Shown: positions 9,975 through 19,146, numbered from the stretch's first letter. The stretch: DNA of 64,000 nucleotides from Pseudomonas sp. (GCF_040514055.1 NZ_JBEVDL010000094.1:11386-75385); one strand, 5' to 3'. The notes: generated from the sequence alone by a model not told the origin. Numbers and translations: made by a program.

Positions 9975-10229
9975 ATGCCTTTGCGTTCGATCGCCTTGCT
10001 GAGCCTGTGCCTGCTGTTGGCCGCCTGTAACAAACTGACCCAGGAGAACTATGCCCAACTGACGGCGGGAATGGATCGAACCGAGGTGCAGGCGTTGCTC
10101 GGTGACCCCACCGAGTGTTCCGGTGCCCTGGGCCTTTCCAGCTGCACCTGGGGTGACGAGCAGCGGTTTATCAGCGTGCAGTACGCCGGCGACAAGGTAC
10201 TGCTGTTCTCCGGCCAGGGCCTCAAATAG
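9975..10229 (+). CDS. Small lipoprotein (BamE/DUF3862-like)
   Basis: Lipobox LAAC; GMDRTEVQALLG motif; start placed at ATG 9975. Confidence 0.7.
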   Translation: MPLRSIALLSLCLLLAACNKLTQENYAQLTAGMDRTEVQALLGDPTECSGALGLSSCTWGDEQRFISVQYAGDKVLLFSGQGLK

Positions 10230-10272
10230 CGGGCTGGCCCGGCGCTTTATCCCTTTGTCGAGGACCGAGCTT

Positions 10273-10821
10273 ATGCGCTCACTCTTGATTGTCGCGATGC
10301 TGGTAGTGACGGGCTGCGCCAGCGATCTGGCGCCGCCGCAAACGGTGGGAGCGGTCGACCTGCGGCGTTACCAGGGAACCTGGTACGAGCAGGCGCGGCT
10401 GCCGATGTTTTTTCAGCGTAACTGCCTGCAGTCCGAAGCCCTGTACCGGCTGCGTGACGATGGCAGCGTGGCGGTGACCAACCGTTGCACCACCGAGGGC
10501 GGTGGCTCGCAGCAGGTGGAAGGCACGGCGGTGCCCCAGGTAGCGGGTCAAACGGACAAGCTCTGGGTGCAGTTCGACACCTGGTTCAGCCGCCTGTTTC
10601 CCGGGCTGACCCGGGGCGAGTACTGGATCCTGGCCCTGGATGATGACTACCGCAGCGCCTTGGTCGGGCATCCCAACCGCAAGTACCTGTGGCTGCTGAC
10701 CCGCGAGCCCAGGGCCAGCGACGCGCTGCGCGAGCGCTTGCTCGAGGTCGCCCGGCAGCAGGGTTACGACACCGAGCGCTTGATCTGGCGTCCCGCCGAC
10801 CCGGCGCTGGCTGGGCAGTGA
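10273..10821 (+). CDS. blc: Outer-membrane lipoprotein lipocalin
   Basis: Lipobox VTGC; DLRRYQGTWYEQARLP and YWILALDDDY...KYLWLLTR lipocalin motifs. Confidence 0.9.
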   Translation: MRSLLIVAMLVVTGCASDLAPPQTVGAVDLRRYQGTWYEQARLPMFFQRNCLQSEALYRLRDDGSVAVTNRCTTEGGGSQQVEGTAVPQVAGQTDKLWVQFDTWFSRLFPGLTRGEYWILALDDDYRSALVGHPNRKYLWLLTREPRASDALRERLLEVARQQGYDTERLIWRPADPALAGQ

Positions 10822-10832
10822 CAGGCGGTGCG

Positions 10833-11105
10833 CTAGGGCCTGTGGGCACTACCCGCACGGCCGCGCCGACCCTGGTTTTGAAACCCTACCCAGCATGAAA
10901 CGAGCCGTCGGGGGCGTCAGAACGAACCACGCGTCATCCCCTGTCGCATCAAAACAGGGCCTGCCCTGCGGGTTGCGCGAACAAGTGCCCCATGCCGCGT
11001 TGCGAAACTGGGCAAGGGAATGACCATTGCCGGCGTTTCGCGCCTTGCCTGGACCCCTTCTTCGCGGCAACGCGCCTCGCGATGCTTAATGTCCACAGGC
11101 CCTAG
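10833..11105 (-). mobile_element. MITE-like non-autonomous element, copy 2 (273 bp including both CTAG)
   Basis: TIRs CTAGGGCCTGTGGGCA and TGTCCACAGGCCCTAG (15/16 match); homologous to copy 1 in inverted orientation. Confidence 0.78.
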
Positions 11106-11593
11106 TGCGCCGGTTGTGCCGCGGGCACTGGCGGCGGGGCGGCCGCTGGCCGGCGCGGCTGGCGCAGCACGATGTTGAGCTGGCTGGGGGCGCTGCCGTG
11201 CTCGAACACGGCGCTGGCCAGGGCGGGTTTGCCCCGTAGCTGAGCGGGGTTGCCGGAAAAACCGGTGGGTTCCTGGGGGATGCCGCGCGGGCTGAGGTCG
11301 AGCTGGCCGTTGCCGTTGCTGTCCTGGTACAGCTGCACCGCGTACCGCCCCGGCGGCACCTCATCGAAGCGCAGAGCTGCCGTCTGGCTTTCCACCAGGC
11401 GCAGGGGGCGCTCCGGCCAGTCCGCCTGGTCGGCGGCCACCAGCGCGGCCCGCAGGGTTCCAAGTGGGGCCCAGCCGGCGACCTGCACCTCGATGTCGGC
11501 GGCCACGACGGCGCCCCCGAACAGCCCGATCGTCAGGGCCAACAGCCCAGTCTGGGCGCGGATCGTTACAAGTTTACGCAGGCTATATGGCAT
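11102..11593 (-). CDS. DUF2141-family exported protein
   Basis: Hydrophobic signal-like N-terminus; PPGRYAVQLYQDSNGNGQLD...GIPQEPTGFSGN motif; its TAG stop lies in the MITE CTAG. Confidence 0.8.
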   Translation of the reverse strand: MPYSLRKLVTIRAQTGLLALTIGLFGGAVVAADIEVQVAGWAPLGTLRAALVAADQADWPERPLRLVESQTAALRFDEVPPGRYAVQLYQDSNGNGQLDLSPRGIPQEPTGFSGNPAQLRGKPALASAVFEHGSAPSQLNIVLRQPRRPAAAPPPVPAAQPAH

Positions 11594-11627
11594 AATTCGG
11601 GCCGTTTTGGCGGCGTGAATGATTGGA

Positions 11628-12545
11628 ATGCGGCGGATTCTGGTGGTGCACTACTCGCAAACGGGCCAGCTGGATCGCCTGGTCCAATCGGTCTGCGCGC
11701 CCCTGTTGCGCCAGGAAGGCATTCGGCTGGACTTCCTGGCCCTGCAGCCGGCACGACCTTACCCCTTTCCCTGGCCGTTTTTCAGCTTTTTCGGCATTTT
11801 TCCGGAAACCGTGCTGATGCGCCCGCCGCCCTTGCTGCCACTGGCGGTGGACGCAGAGACCCGCTACGACCTGGTGATCCTGGCCTATCAGGTGTGGTTT
11901 CTGTCGCCCTCGCTGCCGCTCACCGGTTTCCTTGCAACCCCCGAAGCGGCGCGGCTGCTGCGGGGCACACCCGTGCTGACCCTGATTGGTTGCCGCAATA
12001 TGTGGCTGATGGCCCAGGAAAAGGTCAAGGCCCGGCTCGCCACCCTGGGCGCGCGCCTGGTGGACAATGTCGCGGTGATCGACGAGTGTGGCAGTGCCTG
12101 GAGTTTCCTCACCACCCCCTTATGGATGTTCACCGGCGATCGCCAGCGCTGGTCCTGGTTGCCCAAGGCCGGCATCAGCGATGGGCAGATCGCCGCCGCC
12201 AGTCGTTTCGGCGAAGCCATAGGCGCGCGCCTGGTGCGTGATCCGCTGCCGATCGAGGCGCCGATGCTGCGCGGTCTGGGGGCGGTGCGGGTGAATGAGA
12301 AACTGATCGCCAGCGAGCGAGTTGGTGCCCGCAGTTTTCGCCTGTGGAGCCTGCTGCTGGCGGCATTGGGACCCCAGGGTAGCCGGGCGCGCAAGGCCGG
12401 GATCCTGCTGTATTTCGTCTTCCTGTTCTGTTTGATCCTCACCGTGGTCCCTGTCACCGCGTTGCTGAAAAAATTGCTGGGCCCGCTGGTGCGTAAGAAA
12501 ACCCAGCGTGAAAAGGCCTATTTCGCCGCGCCATCCGGCGAGTAG
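11628..12545 (+). CDS. darA: DarA-type dialkylresorcinol aromatase/condensing enzyme
   Basis: Flavodoxin-like N-terminus ILVVHYSQTGQL, PYPFPW, YQVWFLSPSLP and CRNMW motifs; directly upstream of a DarB-type KS. Confidence 0.85.
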   Translation: MRRILVVHYSQTGQLDRLVQSVCAPLLRQEGIRLDFLALQPARPYPFPWPFFSFFGIFPETVLMRPPPLLPLAVDAETRYDLVILAYQVWFLSPSLPLTGFLATPEAARLLRGTPVLTLIGCRNMWLMAQEKVKARLATLGARLVDNVAVIDECGSAWSFLTTPLWMFTGDRQRWSWLPKAGISDGQIAAASRFGEAIGARLVRDPLPIEAPMLRGLGAVRVNEKLIASERVGARSFRLWSLLLAALGPQGSRARKAGILLYFVFLFCLILTVVPVTALLKKLLGPLVRKKTQREKAYFAAPSGE

Positions 12546-12548
12546 TCG

Positions 12549-13727
12549 ATGTCTTTTGAGGATTGCACCGTGCCCCACCCCGTGTTTATCAACCGCGTCA
12601 GCGCGTACCTGCCCCACGCGCCGGTCGACAACGACCAGATGGAAACACGCCTGGGCCAGGTCGGCGGCCGTCCCTCGCGGGCCCGCAACCTGGTGCTGCG
12701 CAGCAACGGCATCACCCAGCGGCATTATGCAATCGACCCGCAGTCGGGCTTGCCGAGCCTGACCAACGCGCAAATGAGTGCCGAGGCCATCCGCGGCCTG
12801 GAAGGTCCCGGCTTCGACCTGCGGCGCCTCGAATGCCTGGTGGCCAGCAGCGCCTCGCCGGATCAGGTGATGCCCAACCATGCGGTGATGGTGCATGGCG
12901 AACTGGGCAACCCGGTCTGCGAGGTGGTGTCCACCGCCGGCATCTGCCTGTGCGGCGTCACCGCGCTGAAATACGCCTACCTCAGCGTGGCCAGCGGCGA
13001 GACCGCCAATGCGGTCGCCTGCGGTTCGGAGCTGGCCTCCAGCCTGATGCATGCGCGCAATTTCGAAGCCGAACTGGACAGCCGGGTCGATGCGCTGGAA
13101 CAGAATCCCGAGATCGCCTTCGAGAAGGACTTTCTGCGCTGGATGCTCTCCGACGGGGCCGGCGCCGTCTGGCTGGAAGCGGCGCCCAATGCCCAGGGAC
13201 TGAGCCTGCGCATCGACTGGATCGATATTCTCTCCTTCGCCGACAGCATGCCGCCCTGCATGTACGCGGGCGCCGAGCGCGAGGGCGAGCGCCTGATCGG
13301 CTGGAGCCGCTTCGATGGCGAGGCGCGCAATCGCCACTCGGTGATGGCGATCAAGCAGGACGTCAAATTGCTCAACGACAATATCGTGCGGGTCACGGTC
13401 GAGCAGGCCCTGGAGCGTATCCTGGCGCGACGTCCGTTGAGCGCCGAGGCCATCGATTATTTCCTGCCGCACTACTCCTCGGAGTTCTTTCGCCAGCGCC
13501 TGGCGGTCGGCCTGGCCAACGCCGGCCTGCCGATTCCCCAGGAGCGCTGGTTCACCAATCTGACGCGCAAGGGCAATACCGGCGCGGCCTCGTTTTTTAT
13601 CATGCTTGAAGAGCTGTTCAATGGCGGCACGCTGCGCCCCGGGCAGACGCTGCTGGGCTACGTGCCGGAAAGCGGACGCTTCTCCAGCGCCTTCCTGCAC
13701 CTGACCGTGGTAGGGAACCAGCCATGA
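12549..13727 (+). CDS. darB: StlD/DarB-family KAS III-type ketosynthase (cyclohexanedione synthase)
   Basis: Catalytic Cys (STAGIC), His (FLPHYSS) and Asn (GNTGAAS); FEKDFLRWMLSDGAGA and VPESGRFS motifs. Start may be GTG near 12570. Confidence 0.88.
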   Translation: MSFEDCTVPHPVFINRVSAYLPHAPVDNDQMETRLGQVGGRPSRARNLVLRSNGITQRHYAIDPQSGLPSLTNAQMSAEAIRGLEGPGFDLRRLECLVASSASPDQVMPNHAVMVHGELGNPVCEVVSTAGICLCGVTALKYAYLSVASGETANAVACGSELASSLMHARNFEAELDSRVDALEQNPEIAFEKDFLRWMLSDGAGAVWLEAAPNAQGLSLRIDWIDILSFADSMPPCMYAGAEREGERLIGWSRFDGEARNRHSVMAIKQDVKLLNDNIVRVTVEQALERILARRPLSAEAIDYFLPHYSSEFFRQRLAVGLANAGLPIPQERWFTNLTRKGNTGAASFFIMLEELFNGGTLRPGQTLLGYVPESGRFSSAFLHLTVVGNQP

Positions 13728-14131
13728 AACTCGACGAGGTGCCCCAGGACCACAGCAGTACCTATGGTGGGCACAGCAAGCTGGTCTACGCCCTGGACGC
13801 CGGTGGCCGTTATCAGTCGGCGCAGAGCGATGGCTGGGAGCCGGAAGCCTATGCCACCCAGCTGGCGGTCGCCGAGCTCCAGGCCCAGGAACAGGCCGCG
13901 CTGAGCGATTGGCAGGCCGGCCGTGCTTCGCCCTTGAAGTACCTGATGTGCCAGTGCCGCATGGATGAACCGGCGCTGGCGCAGATTTCCGGCCTGTGGC
14001 GCTGGCGCATCCGCCGCCACTTCCAGCCCCACCATTACGCCCGTCTGCCACGACGGGTCCTGGCGCGTTATGCCGAGGCCTTGGGCCTGGATGTCGCGCA
14101 GTTGATCCGCTATCAGCGAGAGTCCGCATGA
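13724..14131 (+). CDS. Conserved hypothetical protein with possible C-terminal XRE-like HTH
   Basis: ATGA-coupled to darB and to the next gene; C-terminus LAQISGLWRWRIRRHF...VLARYAEALGLDVAQL. Confidence 0.7.
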   Translation: MKLDEVPQDHSSTYGGHSKLVYALDAGGRYQSAQSDGWEPEAYATQLAVAELQAQEQAALSDWQAGRASPLKYLMCQCRMDEPALAQISGLWRWRIRRHFQPHHYARLPRRVLARYAEALGLDVAQLIRYQRESA

Positions 14132-15129
14132 CGGTTTTCCAGCACCAGCAGAGTGCCCACTGCGAAAGCGGGGTCATGGCCAGCCTGCTGACCCACAGCG
14201 GCCTGCCCATGAGCGAGCCGATGGCCTTTGGCCTGGCCTCGGGGCTGGCCTTCGCCTACCTGCCGATCGTCAAGCTGGGTGGCATGCCGCTGATCGCCTA
14301 CCGCATGCCGCCCCGGCACCTGATCAAGACCCTGAGCAAGCGCCTTGGCGCCCACCTGCACACCGCTACCTTCGCCGGCCCGGCCCAGGGCCAGGCGGCG
14401 CTGGATGGCGCGCTGGCCGCGGGACGCCTGGTGGGGCTGCAGAGTTCGGTGTACTGGTTGCCGTATTTCCCCGAAGAGATGCGCTTTCATTTCAATGCCC
14501 ACAACCTGTTGGCCTACGGCAAGGACGGCGATCAGTACCTGCTCAGCGATCCGGTCTTCGAAGACGTGGTGCGCTGCAGCGAGGCGGACCTCAACAAGGC
14601 GCGCTTCGCCAAGGGCGCGCTGGCCGCCAAGGGGTTGCTGTACTGGCTTGACCAGGTCCCGGTCGAGCAGGATTGGGCCACGCTGATCCGCCAGAGCATC
14701 CTGTCCACCAGCCGTATTCTCGATGGCCTGCCGTTGCCCTGGATCGGCATTCGCGGTATCCGCCATCTGGCCGGGCGGGTGCGCAAGCTCGACCCCGCGG
14801 CGCTGAAATACAACCGCCTGTACCTGACCCATATCGTGCGCATGCAGGAAGAGATCGGTACCGGCGGCGCGGGGTTTCGCTTTATGTACGCCTCCTTTCT
14901 GCAGGAGGCGGGGCTCAAACTTGGCGATGCGCGCCTGGCCGAGGCGGCGCTGGAAATGACCCGTATCGGCGACGACTGGCGGCAATTCGCCGCGGCCTGC
15001 GTGCGCTACAGCCGCAACAAGCAGGGCCACAGCGACTTCGAACCCATTGCCCTGGCGCTGGAAGGCATCGCCGAGCAGGAGCGGGCCCTGATGCGCCAGC
15101 TGGCGGCCTGGGCCAAGGCCAAGTCTTAA
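14128..15129 (+). CDS. BtrH N-terminal domain / DUF4872 protein (papain/C39-like fold)
   Basis: HQQSAHCESG (Cys), FHFNAHN (His), YLLSDP (Asp); RMQEEIGTGGAGFRFMYASFL motif. Confidence 0.8.
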   Translation: MTVFQHQQSAHCESGVMASLLTHSGLPMSEPMAFGLASGLAFAYLPIVKLGGMPLIAYRMPPRHLIKTLSKRLGAHLHTATFAGPAQGQAALDGALAAGRLVGLQSSVYWLPYFPEEMRFHFNAHNLLAYGKDGDQYLLSDPVFEDVVRCSEADLNKARFAKGALAAKGLLYWLDQVPVEQDWATLIRQSILSTSRILDGLPLPWIGIRGIRHLAGRVRKLDPAALKYNRLYLTHIVRMQEEIGTGGAGFRFMYASFLQEAGLKLGDARLAEAALEMTRIGDDWRQFAAACVRYSRNKQGHSDFEPIALALEGIAEQERALMRQLAAWAKAKS

Positions 15130-15145
15130 GGGGGCAGGCCTGTTT

Positions 15146-15715
15146 TCAGCCGGTGCGTAGGTCCAGCCGTGTCACGCGGACGCCGGCCGTCAGGCTGGCG
15201 AAGTCCGTGCCCGCCAGCGGGCCGCCGTCGCCCGGTTCGAGCAGCAGCGCCTGGACCTGGAAACCGTCGCGTTCGTCGCAGAGCACCAGCAGCGCCTGGC
15301 CGATCACGCCCTCGGCCAGGTCCAGGCCGGCCAGACGAGTCAGGTCGGACCAGACGTCCGGCCCCGCACCGATAAACAGGTTGGGGCCGTTCAACCGCAA
15401 CTGCTGGGCGACGTGAAAGCCGGCGGCATTACTCACGCTGTTGACGAACTCGAAGGGTTTGGGCAGTTTTCCGTGCACGCAAACCGCTTCCAGCAGGGCC
15501 TGCATGGTCGGCCTGGCGGGATAGCTCGAGGCCAGGTACAGGCCGCTTTCCGCGCGCGGGCGTGACTGCAGCACGGCGGCGCCGAGCAGGGCCTGCAGGA
15601 TCAGGCGGTCGACCCGCCGCGGGGGGTGGTCGAGGTAGCAGCTCAAGTGCGCCTTGAGGGCCTTGTCGTCGACCGCGGCGTTGCCGTCGATCTGGCTGGC
15701 GGCGATCACCTTCAT
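15146..15715 (-). CDS. Short ketosynthase-like protein with no visible catalytic Cys (chain-length-factor-like)
   Basis: PFEFVNSVSNAAGFHVAQQLRLNGPN resembles the KS N-terminal domain; coupled to the KS gene by a 4-nt overlap. Confidence 0.6.
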   Translation of the reverse strand: MKVIAASQIDGNAAVDDKALKAHLSCYLDHPPRRVDRLILQALLGAAVLQSRPRAESGLYLASSYPARPTMQALLEAVCVHGKLPKPFEFVNSVSNAAGFHVAQQLRLNGPNLFIGAGPDVWSDLTRLAGLDLAEGVIGQALLVLCDERDGFQVQALLLEPGDGGPLAGTDFASLTAGVRVTRLDLRTG

Positions 15716-16818
15716 AAGCCCATTCCCTGCAGTACCAGGCTGGCGTTGTTGCCGCCAAAGCCGAAAAAATTCGCCAGCAGCAGCCCATCCACCGGTGCTC
15801 GCCAGGCCGCGCCCGGCAGCGCCAGCAGCGCCTGGTCGGCATAGTCCACGCCGGGCAGGCTGCCCTGGCGCAGGGCCTCCAGCAACAGCAGGCTTTCGCT
15901 GAGTCCGCAGGCGCCCAGGGTATGGCCCAGGTAGGGTTTGAGCAGCACGGCCGGCGGCAGGTGTCGGCCGAACAAGCGTTGCATGCCATTGCCTTCGGCG
16001 TGGTCGTTGGCCGCGGTTGCCGTGCCATGCAGCTTGACCAGGTCGATCTGGCCGGCAGTGATGCCCGCGCTGTCCAGGGCCCGGCGCATCACCCAGTCGA
16101 CGTGGCTGCCGTCCTCCAGGGTGGTGGTCAGGCTGCTGGTATCACAGGCACTGAAGCCGCCAAGCAGGCGGGCCAACGGTGCCGGGCCGGGCTCCGCGCT
16201 CAGCAGCACGCTGGCATAACACTCGCCGAGGATCAGGCCGTCGCGCTCAGGGTGAAAGGGCCGATAACGGGCGCTGGGGCTGACCAGTTCAAGGGCGGCA
16301 AAACCCTGCATGGCGACGCGACTGGGGGTCTCGAAACTCAGCACCAGGGCACGGCGCAATGGCCCCTGGCCCAACAGGCGCGCGCCGTAGAGCAGGGCGT
16401 TGGCGGCGCTGCTGCAGGCGGTGTTGAGGGTAAAGGCGGCGGCGAAGCCCCAGGCCCCGCGCAGTCGCTGGGCGAGTCGATCGAGCGGGGTGACCAGGCT
16501 GTCGTCGAACGGCTGGCCCGCGACCATCTGCGGCTCGATGTCGGCGATATCCAGGGTGGTGGTGGCAATGATCAGCAGGCAGTCGGTCAGGGGGGCCGGG
16601 TGCTCGCCGAGGCTGCTGCGCAACAGTGCATCGAGGCGTTCGAGCAAGGGCAGGGGGCTGCCCGTGGCGTGAAAATACGGGCACTGCTGGGGCAGCTCCA
16701 ACCGCTGGTAGTGACTTGCCAGCGGGCGTCGATCGGCGCGGTAGGCGCTGGCGGCGCTGCCCAGGTCAGGCCCCAGGGCGCTGTGCAGCTGGGCGCGTTG
16801 CAGGTAGACCGGCGTCAC
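15712..16818 (-). CDS. Beta-ketoacyl-ACP synthase (FabF/FabB type)
   Basis: TACSSA (Cys), KLHGTAT (His), KPYLGHTLGACG (His), NFFGFGGNNASL. Confidence 0.9.
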   Translation of the reverse strand: MTPVYLQRAQLHSALGPDLGSAASAYRADRRPLASHYQRLELPQQCPYFHATGSPLPLLERLDALLRSSLGEHPAPLTDCLLIIATTTLDIADIEPQMVAGQPFDDSLVTPLDRLAQRLRGAWGFAAAFTLNTACSSAANALLYGARLLGQGPLRRALVLSFETPSRVAMQGFAALELVSPSARYRPFHPERDGLILGECYASVLLSAEPGPAPLARLLGGFSACDTSSLTTTLEDGSHVDWVMRRALDSAGITAGQIDLVKLHGTATAANDHAEGNGMQRLFGRHLPPAVLLKPYLGHTLGACGLSESLLLLEALRQGSLPGVDYADQALLALPGAAWRAPVDGLLLANFFGFGGNNASLVLQGMGL

Positions 16819-17081
16819 TGCCCGTGCCTGATAAAGGCGGCGATGCTGTCGATGCTGGCCAGGATCCGGCGGCCTTCCTTGGCCCCCTCGATGCGTACGC
16901 CGTAGTGCTGCTGCACCGCCAGCGACAACTGCAGGGCGTCCAGGCTGTCCATCTGGATCCGGCTCTGGCGGCCGAAGAGCGGCTCGTCATCGGCGATGCC
17001 CTGCCAGTCGAGTTCGTCTTCCTTGTCGCATTCGCGCACCAGGAGTTGCTTGAGTTGTTGCTTCAGTAGTGCGTCGTCCAT
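16815..17081 (-). CDS. Acyl carrier protein (DarC-like role)
   Basis: 88 aa, acidic, with MDSLDAL phosphopantetheine motif. Confidence 0.9.
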   Translation of the reverse strand: MDDALLKQQLKQLLVRECDKEDELDWQGIADDEPLFGRQSRIQMDSLDALQLSLAVQQHYGVRIEGAKEGRRILASIDSIAAFIRHGQ

Positions 17082-18253
17082 TGGGTTTCACTTAGTCGGC
17101 GTTGAAACAGCGCCAGCCCCAGGCTACCGGTCAGGGCGGCGAACAGCAGCAGGCGGATACAGTAGGGCAGCAGGTCAGCGAGGTCGCCCTGGCCCACCAG
17201 CAAGGTCAGAAAACCATCCAGCGCCCAGCTCATGGGTGACAGCTCCGCCACCTGGCGCATGGCTTCGGGCATCACGCTCTTGGGCACCATGATGCCGCCG
17301 ATGGCGGCCAACACCAGGTTGAGTCCGCCGCTGAGCAGCAAGGCCTGTTCGGTGCTGCGCGCCAGGGCGGCGATGGCCAGGCCCAGGCAACAGGCGGCGC
17401 AGGCCAGGCTGCTGGCCAGCAGCAGATAGGCCCAGGGGCTGCCCGGCAGGTTCAGGGCGCTCAAGCCTAACAGCGGTAAGCCCCAGACACCCAGGGCCAG
17501 CAGCACGCAGAACTGCAGCAGGTTGACCCCCAGGTAGGGCAGCAGTTTGCTCAAGGCCAGTTGCGCCAGGCTCAGGCGCAGGCAGCGAAAGCGCAGCAGG
17601 GTGCCGCTCTGTTGTTCGCGCTGGAAACTGTTGGCCATGGGCAACATGACGAAAAACATGCCGAAGATCAGCCAGGCGGGCACGCTGTGCTGGCTGGCAT
17701 TGGCCTGCAGGGCGAGATCTCCACTGGCCAGCACTTCCTGTTCGACAATGGCGTTATGGGTGCGTTGGCGGATCAGCGCCAGACGTTCCTGCAGGGGGAG
17801 CTCGGCGGCCAGCTCGCCACTGTCGACCAGCAGCGCCATCAGTCGGGTCTGGGCCAGGCTGACCTCGACGGCAGCCCGCAGGCGTTGGCGCGAGAGGGCG
17901 TCGGTACGGGCGGGAAAAACCAGTCGGGTGGCGGCGGCGCCTTGGTCCTGCAGCAGGGTGTCGGCGAAATCGGCCGGCAGATAGATGCGCGAGCGGCTCG
18001 CCGCAGGCTCGGACTGCAGCGGACTGTCGGGCAACTGGGCCGCCAGGGCGGCGGCGAAAAAGGCGCTTTCGTCGCTGCTGACCGGTATTTCCAGCCCCAG
18101 GTGCAGCGGTGGCAGGCGGTTCTGATTGACCTCGGCCAGGGCAAAGGCCATCAGCAGCAAGAACAGCGCCGGCATGATAAAGAGCACTGCCAGGGCATGC
18201 AGGTCGCGGCGCAGCAACAGGCCTTCCTTGCGCACCAGGGCCCAGAGCCTCAT
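17063..18253 (-). CDS. ABC-2 type transporter permease
   Basis: Start MRLWALVRKEGLLLRRD at 18253; REQQSGTLLRF, GGIMVPKSVMP and LSPMSWALDGF motifs; the last 19 nt overlap the ACP start. Confidence 0.85.
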   Translation of the reverse strand: MRLWALVRKEGLLLRRDLHALAVLFIMPALFLLLMAFALAEVNQNRLPPLHLGLEIPVSSDESAFFAAALAAQLPDSPLQSEPAASRSRIYLPADFADTLLQDQGAAATRLVFPARTDALSRQRLRAAVEVSLAQTRLMALLVDSGELAAELPLQERLALIRQRTHNAIVEQEVLASGDLALQANASQHSVPAWLIFGMFFVMLPMANSFQREQQSGTLLRFRCLRLSLAQLALSKLLPYLGVNLLQFCVLLALGVWGLPLLGLSALNLPGSPWAYLLLASSLACAACCLGLAIAALARSTEQALLLSGGLNLVLAAIGGIMVPKSVMPEAMRQVAELSPMSWALDGFLTLLVGQGDLADLLPYCIRLLLFAALTGSLGLALFQRRLSETQWTTHY

Positions 18254-19146
18254 AGCTGCCCACCGCTGAAATGCAGGTACAGCTGTTCCAGGGACGGACG
18301 GCCGAAACGCAGCAGGCTGGGCAGCGGCGCCTGGGTGCCGACGAACTCGGCGATGCGCGCCAGCGCGGCGGCGTCCAGTTGCTCGATCCAGCAGCCGTTG
18401 GGCAGCCATTCGACGTCCAGTCGCAGCGCCTCGAGCAAGGCCCGCACGCCGGCCGGCGGCGGCCCCGGCCATTCCAGCAGCAGGCCATGACGGTCGCCCA
18501 GCAACTGCTGCTTGTCCAGGTCGAGGCGTACCTGCCCCTGTTGCAGTAACAAGATGCGTTGCGCCACCCGCTCGACCTCGTCGAGGTAGTGGCTGGTGTA
18601 GATCACCGCCTTGCCGGCGGCGGTCAAGGCCTGGATCGCGTCCAGCAGCAGCAGCCGCGACTGCGCGTCCACACCCACGGTGGCTTCGTCGAACAGGTAG
18701 AGCGGGGCGGGTTGCAGCAGGCCCAGGGCGAAGTTGAGCCGGCGTTGCTCGCCGCCGGAAAGGCGGTCGGCGCGCCGCGACAGTTTGTCTTCCAGGGCGG
18801 TGCTGTGGATCACCCACTCCAGGCGGGTACGCCGCTCGGCGTCACGCAACCGATAGAGGTCGGCGAACAGCCCGAGGTTCTCGCGCACGCTCAGGGCCGC
18901 GTAAAAGCCCAGTTGCTGCGGGACTATGCCCAGTAGTGGCCGCTCGGCCTGTTCGCCGCACCAGCGCAGCTCGCCCTGGTCCGGCCGCAGCAGACCACTG
19001 ATCAGCGACAGCAGGGTGGTCTTGCCCGCCCCGTTGGGGCCCAGCAGGCCCAGGCATTCGCCCGCGCCCAGGCGCAGGTCGATCTGTTGCAAGGCCGGCG
19101 CGCTGGCGCCGGGGTAGCTGAATCCGACGGCACGCAGCTCAAGCAC
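18250..19146 (-). CDS. ABC transporter ATP-binding protein
   Basis: Walker A GPNGAGKTT, signature LSGGEQRR, Walker B LYLFDE, H-loop YTSHYLDE. Confidence 0.93.
   Translation of the reverse strand: MLELRAVGFSYPGASAPALQQIDLRLGAGECLGLLGPNGAGKTTLLSLISGLLRPDQGELRWCGEQAERPLLGIVPQQLGFYAALSVRENLGLFADLYRLRDAERRTRLEWVIHSTALEDKLSRRADRLSGGEQRRLNFALGLLQPAPLYLFDEATVGVDAQSRLLLLDAIQALTAAGKAVIYTSHYLDEVERVAQRILLLQQGQVRLDLDKQQLLGDRHGLLLEWPGPPPAGVRALLEALRLDVEWLPNGCWIEQLDAAALARIAEFVGTQAPLPSLLRFGRPSLEQLYLHFSGGQL

Noticed and set aside
17063-17081. 19-nt overlap of the permease 3' end with the ACP start as a possible frameshift
   Set aside because: The permease is full length, with only a short tail; simple translational coupling explains it.
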